A stretch of 64,000 nucleotides of DNA from Steroidobacteraceae bacterium (GTDB lineage: Bacteria > Pseudomonadota > Gammaproteobacteria > Steroidobacterales > Steroidobacteraceae): positions 433,477-497,476 of the forward strand of contig JASGHI010000004.1 in NCBI GenBank assembly GCA_049841155.1. Direction: 5' to 3'. Under the pieces are notes generated by a model that saw only the letters and a program-made list of their open reading frames with translations, did not search any database and was not told the DNA's origin. Of the stretch, positions 63,664 to 64,000 are shown piece by piece; position 1 is the stretch's first letter; each line of letters starts with the position of its first letter. The position numbers and the translations under genes are program-made.

Positions 63664-64000
63664 ATGAAAAAGACGCCTGCGCTTGCTGCGCTGCTGGCCC
63701 TGTATGCCTTCACGCCGGCGGTTCCGGCCCAGGCGCCCGCAATGCCCCTGCCGCCGGCTCCCGGGGCAGGCGTGGTGGCGGAGGTGCCCGCCGCCATGCC
63801 GCAGCGCGAGGATGCGGTCTGGTCCGCGACGCTGGAGCGCATCGCGCAGAGCGTGGTGGCGATCGAGATCGACGCCACGCGCGCCTTCGATACCGAGTGG
63901 AACAGCTCGGCGCAGGCAACGGGCTTCGTCATCGATGCCGAGCGCGGCCTGGTGCTGACCAACCGCCATGTGGTCACGCCCGGACCGGTCACGGCCGAGG
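63664..64000 (+). CDS. Secreted trypsin-like serine protease (HtrA/Nma111-like), 5' partial
   Basis: ATG at 63664 and a signal peptide (MKKTPALAALLALYAFTPAVPAQA). ...SVVAIEID...ATGFVIDAERGLVLTNRHVV contains the catalytic-His block. The frame runs off the window end. Confidence 0.55.
   Translation, partial: MKKTPALAALLALYAFTPAVPAQAPAMPLPPAPGAGVVAEVPAAMPQREDAVWSATLERIAQSVVAIEIDATRAFDTEWNSSAQATGFVIDAERGLVLTNRHVVTPGPVTAE

Overview
The window is a visibly GC-rich, densely coding chromosomal segment. Gene content and synteny look like a gammaproteobacterium of the Xanthomonadales/Nevskiales type: Clp/Vfr-like CRP, Coq7, rplM-rpsI, zapB-zapA-6S RNA, ygfB-pepP-ubiH-ubiI, ispG and dgkA. I support about 60 protein genes, one tRNA-Gln(CUG), one 6S RNA, a few hairpin terminators, a few promoter or operator candidates and one decayed gene. 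I saw no rRNA, CRISPR array, transposase, integrase or phage genes. Housekeeping blocks sit at roughly 0.1-8 kb and 53-64 kb. Between them lies a long accessory stretch rich in exported enzymes and transport genes: two TonB-dependent receptors (one of them an ECF-sigma/FecR-coupled transducer), four alpha/beta-hydrolases, GMC oxidoreductases, a sulfatase, a GH65-beta-PGM fusion, a GH30, a PhoX-like lipoprotein and four MFS transporters. The most interesting region is 12.7-18.4 kb. It holds a duplicated module of uncharacterised exported proteins. These comprise two DUF6152-like proteins whose predicted mature N-terminus is His-His-Ser-Phe-Ser and three paralogues of a secreted 'WEGDTLV' family. 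With them sit a pair of paralogous 4-TM membrane proteins and a Tat-exported HiPIP. Both modules carry near-identical promoter and leader sequences. The second module is translationally chained to an MFS, hydroxypyruvate-isomerase-like, IlvD/Edd-dehydratase and reductase operon. Other points are listed as findings. They include a 16-codon poly-lysine micro-ORF with its own promoter, RBS and hairpins upstream of rpiA. They also include an AT-rich triple-palindrome operator region upstream of a TonB receptor, a sigma/anti-sigma/transducer-sulfatase-GH65 locus, a collagen-like GxN repeat in a Tat-lipoprotein and a frameshifted small gene. Many long ORFs in the six-frame track are antisense or alternate-frame shadows typical of GC-rich DNA, and I rejected them.
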